Below are positions 59,751 through 64,000 of a stretch of DNA of 64,000 nucleotides, piece after piece. The stretch is taken from positions 1,120,001 through 1,184,000 of the forward strand of contig OZ244057.1 of NCBI GenBank assembly GCA_965215515.1. The letters run 5' to 3'. The notes beneath the pieces were generated by a model that searched no databases, was not told the DNA's origin, and was given only the letters and a program-made list of their open reading frames with translations. The DNA is from Oligoflexales bacterium (GTDB lineage: Bacteria > Bdellovibrionota_B > Oligoflexia > Oligoflexales > JAPPIL01). Both the position numbers and the translations under genes were made by a program. Within the stretch, counting starts at the first letter, position 1; every line of letters starts with the position of its first letter.

Positions 59751-60967
59751 TGGCGATGCCAGTTTACATCGCAGGCGGCGGCATAGTGAGCGCAGCGGGT
59801 GCAGGACTGGCAGCTAACTGGCAGGCACTGCGACGCGGGCGCGCTTGTTTCACCTGGCATGAAGACAGGTGGCAAGGCCTCCTACCACCAGAAGCAGAAG
59901 AGGAAGTGAGTCGCATGCGCCACACCAAATTGTTCAGCAAAGCCGATCGTGTGACACTGCTGGCTGCGGTGGCGACCGCACAGCTGCTGGACATCCTGCC
60001 CCCAGAACGCAGCCAACTGGCGGTTATGGCGGCTTCGGCACGAGGCGCGACAGAGCTACTGGAACAAGAACACACCCGTTTTCTACAATACGGCACAACT
60101 TCCGTCACCGCCAGTCCTCACACCACCGCGGGTATGCTCGCCGCCCATCTCAGCAGCTTCATCGCCAGTACAGGTTTAAGTTGCACACTCTCCGCCACCT
60201 GTGCCAGCGGCATGCACGCGCTCGGCAACGCCCTCTTCTACCTCAGGGGCGGCGGCAGCAAACAGGTATTGTGTGTCGCCAGCGAAGCTCCGCTCACCCC
60301 TTTCGTCATGCACATGCTGCGTGCCGCACGCGTGCTCAGCGATGCACCCCGCACCCAAAATTTCCCTCAGCGTCCGCTGCATCAGGAGCGTGACGGCCTG
60401 GTGCTGGCAGAAGGAGCGGCAGCACTGTACCTGTCATGCACAGCGCACCCTCAGGCAGTGCGATTGGCTGGCTACGGCGCGGCACACGAGCAGGGTGTAT
60501 CGCTGACAGGCATTAGCGACAACGGAGACGGCTTAGCGCTAGCCATCACCCGTGCCCTGCAAGATGCTCAGCTGCGTCCCTCCGACATAGACTTGATCAT
60601 CGGGCACGGTGCAGCAACAAGGCGCGGTGACGCGGCTGAACTGCGCGGTCTGGAAAAAGTTTTCGCGGCACACCTACCACCCCTGCGTTTCCACAAATGG
60701 TGTGTCGGACACACCCTAGGCAGCTCGACACTGCTCTCGGTGGTGCTTGCCTGCCAGCAGATGCAAACGGGCGAACACTTCGCCCTGCCCTATCTGCCTC
60801 CTGCGGCACACCCAGCCCTGCACGCTACCCCTCCCTCCCCACCCCAGCATGTGCTCGTGTGCGGACTGGGTTTCGGAGGTAACTGTGCAGCACTGGTGCT
60901 GGCGGGCGATGCCACAAACAAAATTGCATTACCGCCACGTTCGTGCGAGAATAAGACACATGACTAG
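59744..60967 (+). CDS. beta-ketoacyl-ACP synthase (FabF/FabB-like)
   Basis: ATCASG, LAEGAAA, GHGAAT, KWCVGHTLG, GFGGN. Confidence 0.88.
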   Translation: MLMAMPVYIAGGGIVSAAGAGLAANWQALRRGRACFTWHEDRWQGLLPPEAEEEVSRMRHTKLFSKADRVTLLAAVATAQLLDILPPERSQLAVMAASARGATELLEQEHTRFLQYGTTSVTASPHTTAGMLAAHLSSFIASTGLSCTLSATCASGMHALGNALFYLRGGGSKQVLCVASEAPLTPFVMHMLRAARVLSDAPRTQNFPQRPLHQERDGLVLAEGAAALYLSCTAHPQAVRLAGYGAAHEQGVSLTGISDNGDGLALAITRALQDAQLRPSDIDLIIGHGAATRRGDAAELRGLEKVFAAHLPPLRFHKWCVGHTLGSSTLLSVVLACQQMQTGEHFALPYLPPAAHPALHATPPSPPQHVLVCGLGFGGNCAALVLAGDATNKIALPPRSCENKTHD

Positions 60968-61160
60968 CCCACACGATAACCCCGCCCTAAACCCGACCGA
61001 CAACAAGCGCAAACTGCCGCTGTCCCGTGACAAACGCGCCCAAAAACTGCGTAAACTCAAGCAACAGATCGAGGACGGTACTTACCGCGTAGACTCCGAT
61101 GCCGTCGCGGAGAAAATAGCTTGCAAACACTTTTCCGCTGACGACAAGGATCAGCATTGA
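60960..61160 (+). CDS. flgM: FlgM-like anti-sigma-28 factor (short)
   Basis: RAQKLRKLKQQIEDGTYRVDSDAVAEKI. Confidence 0.75.
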   Translation: MTSPHDNPALNPTDNKRKLPLSRDKRAQKLRKLKQQIEDGTYRVDSDAVAEKIACKHFSADDKDQH

Positions 61161-61263
61161 CCGCACGAGAACAGCGACGGTCGGCTGACGAGACTTAACC
61201 TCAGTGCGAAAAAGTTTCGTAGACAGGTGTATGGTGGGTTGCTTTTTGCTTATGACGTTGTTA

Positions 61264-61302
61264 GGCTGCGCCCTGTCTTAAGGTGAAAGGACAGGCGGTA
61301 GC
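61264..61302 (+). promoter_or_regulatory. RBS-sequestering hairpin upstream of rpsO (candidate S15 leader)
   Basis: CGCCCTGTCTT...AAGGACAGGCG stem covers AAAGGA. Confidence 0.45.
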
Positions 61303-61572
61303 GTGGCTTTATCAGGCGAAGACAGAAGCTCTATCATCGGCAAATTTCAGCGGCGAACTTACGACACGGCTTCGCCCGCGGTGCAGATAGCGCTGCTGAC
61401 AGCCAGATTGCAGTACCTGAACGAGCATTTCAAGAAACACGCACGCGACCACCATTCCCGTCGCGGCCTGCTGAAGATGGTAGGTAAGAGGCGACGGTTG
61501 TTGGCGTATTTGCGTCGCACGGACAGCGAACGTTATCGTGCCGTGCTGTCCGAGTTGGGCTTGCGCAAGTAG
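61303..61572 (+). CDS. rpsO: 30S ribosomal protein S15
   Basis: [32 protein letters not shown]. Confidence 0.98.
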   Translation: MALSGEDRSSIIGKFQRRTYDTASPAVQIALLTARLQYLNEHFKKHARDHHSRRGLLKMVGKRRRLLAYLRRTDSERYRAVLSELGLRK

Positions 61573-61634
61573 CGGTCGCGGCTGGTAGTGGCGTTTCTCC
61601 TCGACAAGCAACAAACACACATGGAGGTCTTAAG

Positions 61635-63716
61635 GTGTCAGGTGTTATCGAAAAAGTAGAGGTTGGCGACAGACAGATCGAAATTGAAGCGGAGAAGTTC
61701 GCTTGCCAAGCCGACGGTGCAGTGATGGTCACAGGTGGTGGCACACAGGTATTAGTCACCGCGTGTGGCGAGGACGAAGATGCAGACAACGATTTTTTTC
61801 CATTGACGGTCGATTATATCGAAAAATATTATTCTGCAGGGCGCATCCCTGGCGGCTACAACAAACGTGAAGCACGTCCTTCATCGTTGGAGATGGTGAC
61901 GGCAAGAGTCATCGACCGCACGCTGCGTCCCAACTTTCCGCAGGGGTTCATGCGCAACACACAGGTTATCTGCACCGTGTTGTCGTTCGATCCCGCCTAC
62001 GATCCCGCGGTGCTGTCGCTGCTCGGTGCTAGTACCGCCCTGACCATCAGCGGCATCCCCTTCCTAGAACCTGTAGCGGGTTTGCGGATCGGGGTAAATG
62101 ACGCGGGTGAGTTCACTATTTTCCCCCGCGCAGAGGAAATGAAAACCCTCGATCTCTTCCTGTCAGCCAAAGAGAAGGCACTGGTGATGGTGGAAGCCAC
62201 GGCTAACTTTCTCGACGAACAAAAAATTCTGGATGCGATGAGCTTCGGACACGATACCCTGCAACCGCTGTTGACCGCCCAGCAGCGACTGCGAGAGCGC
62301 TGCGGCAAAGAAAAACAACAGTTCTCCGCTCCAGAGAGCGATGCGCAACTGAAAAACGAGATCAAAGCACAACACTTCGATGCCATCGTTGCCGCCCTGC
62401 AGATCAAAGAGAAGACGGCACGGCGTAAAAAACTGAAGATGGTTAAAAAAGACCTTCTCGCCGCTTACGAAGAAAATGCACGCCGCGCGGCAGCGGCTGA
62501 AGTTTACGAGGAGCTGGTCTACGAACACGTGCGCAGCTTGATTCTGCGGGAAAAAACCCGCATCGATGGGCGTGCCCCCGCCGACATTCGCCCCCTCAGC
62601 TGCGAGGTCGGTGTGTTGAAAACGCCGCACGGCTCAGCACTGTTCACCCGCGGCGAAACACAAGCATTGGCAACCGTGACCCTCGGTTCTGGCGATGACG
62701 AACAGCGCTATGAGACACTCAACTCACAAAACAGTAGCCGTCACTTCATGCTACACTACAACTTTCCGCCCTTCAGTGTCGGCGAAACACGGCGCTTGAT
62801 GGGATTGAGCCGTCGCGAGATCGGACATGGCTATCTCGCCGAACGCGCCCTCTCCCACGTTATCCCCGACCAAAGCGACTTCGGCTATACCGTGCGCGTG
62901 GTCTCGGATGTGCTCGCCTCGAACGGCAGTTCTTCGATGGCTTCCGTCTGTGCAGGCACGATGGCCCTGCTCTGTGCTGGTGTACCGATCAAACGACATG
63001 TCGCAGGCGTGGCGATGGGGCTGGTCAGCGATGGCGATGAACCCGTGGTGCTGTCCGATATTCTCGGCGATGAAGATCATCTCGGTGACATGGACTTCAA
63101 AGTCTGCGGCGACGAACAAGGGATCAGTGCCTTACAGATGGATATCAAGATCGCGGGACTCAACCGCGAAACACTGCGCAAAGCACTCGCCCAAGCACGC
63201 CAGGGACGCTTGACCATTCTGCGCAAATTGCAGGAAACCATCAGCAAGCCGCGTGACCTGCCGCTGAACGCACCGCGCATCATGTCCATCAAGATCAACG
63301 AGAGCAAAATTCGTGACCTCATCGGCCCTGGCGGTAAAATGATCAAAAAACTCACGGCCGAAACTGGTACTAAAATAGACATCGAAGACAACGGCGTAGT
63401 TAGAGTCGCATCACCTGATCTCGCACGTGCCGAAGCTGCCAAGACGATGATCCTCGCCATCGTCACCGATCCAGAAATCGGCAGCGTGCATCTCGGCACA
63501 GTGAAAAAGACAACCGAATTCGGCGCGTTCGTTGAAATCAAGCCAGGAGTGGAAGGCCTGTGCCACATTTCCCAACTCGAAGACCGCCGTGTCGAAAAAG
63601 TTACCGACGTTATCAAAGAAGGTGATGAGGTGATGGTTAAGGTGATCGAAATAGATCGGCAAGGCCGCTTGAAACTCAGCCGCAAAGAAGCCTTTGGGCA
63701 AAATCCCGTGTCCTGA
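61635..63716 (+). CDS. pnp: polyribonucleotide nucleotidyltransferase
   Basis: FFPLTVDY, HGSALFTRGETQ, SNGSSSMASVC, GDMDFK, KH and S1 domains. Confidence 0.98.
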   Translation: MSGVIEKVEVGDRQIEIEAEKFACQADGAVMVTGGGTQVLVTACGEDEDADNDFFPLTVDYIEKYYSAGRIPGGYNKREARPSSLEMVTARVIDRTLRPNFPQGFMRNTQVICTVLSFDPAYDPAVLSLLGASTALTISGIPFLEPVAGLRIGVNDAGEFTIFPRAEEMKTLDLFLSAKEKALVMVEATANFLDEQKILDAMSFGHDTLQPLLTAQQRLRERCGKEKQQFSAPESDAQLKNEIKAQHFDAIVAALQIKEKTARRKKLKMVKKDLLAAYEENARRAAAAEVYEELVYEHVRSLILREKTRIDGRAPADIRPLSCEVGVLKTPHGSALFTRGETQALATVTLGSGDDEQRYETLNSQNSSRHFMLHYNFPPFSVGETRRLMGLSRREIGHGYLAERALSHVIPDQSDFGYTVRVVSDVLASNGSSSMASVCAGTMALLCAGVPIKRHVAGVAMGLVSDGDEPVVLSDILGDEDHLGDMDFKVCGDEQGISALQMDIKIAGLNRETLRKALAQARQGRLTILRKLQETISKPRDLPLNAPRIMSIKINESKIRDLIGPGGKMIKKLTAETGTKIDIEDNGVVRVASPDLARAEAAKTMILAIVTDPEIGSVHLGTVKKTTEFGAFVEIKPGVEGLCHISQLEDRRVEKVTDVIKEGDEVMVKVIEIDRQGRLKLSRKEAFGQNPVS

Positions 63717-63745
63717 CCCGCGCACCTACCCGCTGGCCCGCGTTC

Positions 63746-63832
63746 GGAGAGATGGCTGAGTGGTCGAAAGCGCACGCTTGGAAAGCGTGTGTGCCTCCAG
63801 GGGCACCGAGGGTTCAAATCCCTCTCTCTCCG
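63746..63832 (+). tRNA. tRNA-Ser (GGA), CCA not encoded
   Basis: GGAGAGA/TCTCTCC acceptor, CACGC-TTGGAAA-GCGTG, long variable arm, TTCAAAT. Confidence 0.95.
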
Positions 63833-63915
63833 CTCACGTTTTGGCAGGGTTCTTGCATTCCTTCTGCCGTGAGGTAGAAATACCTCCCGCTGAGATCATC
63901 TGTGGAGAGCTGTTC

Positions 63916-64000
63916 ATGGTCAAGAAGTTCCTCGTTATCGTGTTTTGTGCAGCCCTTAACGGCGACTGTTCCCCTCCCCGACGCAAACTCCTCTTCGACC
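63916..64000 (+). CDS. start of a possible exported protein (truncated by window edge)
   Basis: GGAGAG RBS, MVKKFLVIVFCAAL. Confidence 0.35.
   Translation, partial: MVKKFLVIVFCAALNGDCSPPRRKLLFD

Noticed and set aside
63077..63817. 246-aa minus-strand ORF and the many other overlapping ORFs
   Set aside because: Antisense or alternate-frame shadows of well-supported genes such as pnp, mrdA, amt and opp.

Overview
Bacterial chromosome segment. The gene repertoire (PrkA-type AAA kinase, CarD/CdnL, mevalonate plus futalosine pathways, many orphan Cys-rich lipoproteins) suggests a Bdellovibrionota/Oligoflexia-like lineage, but this is inference only. Core-like flanks: 1-33.3 kb holds prkA, globin/grxD, an aminotransferase, the opp operon, truA, a birA-coaX fusion, a lipoprotein array, mreD-like/mrdA, a Ser/Thr kinase, rlmL-like, and an HK/SBP/PP2C/anti-sigma cluster divergent from amt. 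51.3-64 kb holds a serine hydrolase, a metalloprotease, an mqnD-mqnE fusion, mvk, mvaD, carD, KAS, flgM-like, rpsO, pnp and tRNA-Ser. Between them lies a heavily decayed accessory region (about 33.3-51.3 kb) centred on tRNA-Arg(UCG). It contains remnants of two related serine-recombinase integrative elements, broken defence-type genes (SNF2 helicase, DEAD/DUF1998 helicase, DNA methylase, DUF499), four IS5 copies, a nested IS3, an IS1634 and six of the window's seven orphan IS3 left ends. Two compact multi-gene modules remain intact amid this debris and are the best candidates for undescribed systems: a STAS-HATPase/STAS/PIN triad (35.6-37.4 kb) and an SPL-like radical SAM/ASCH pair (49.4-51.1 kb). 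All family assignments come from motif recognition by eye; no database search was run.
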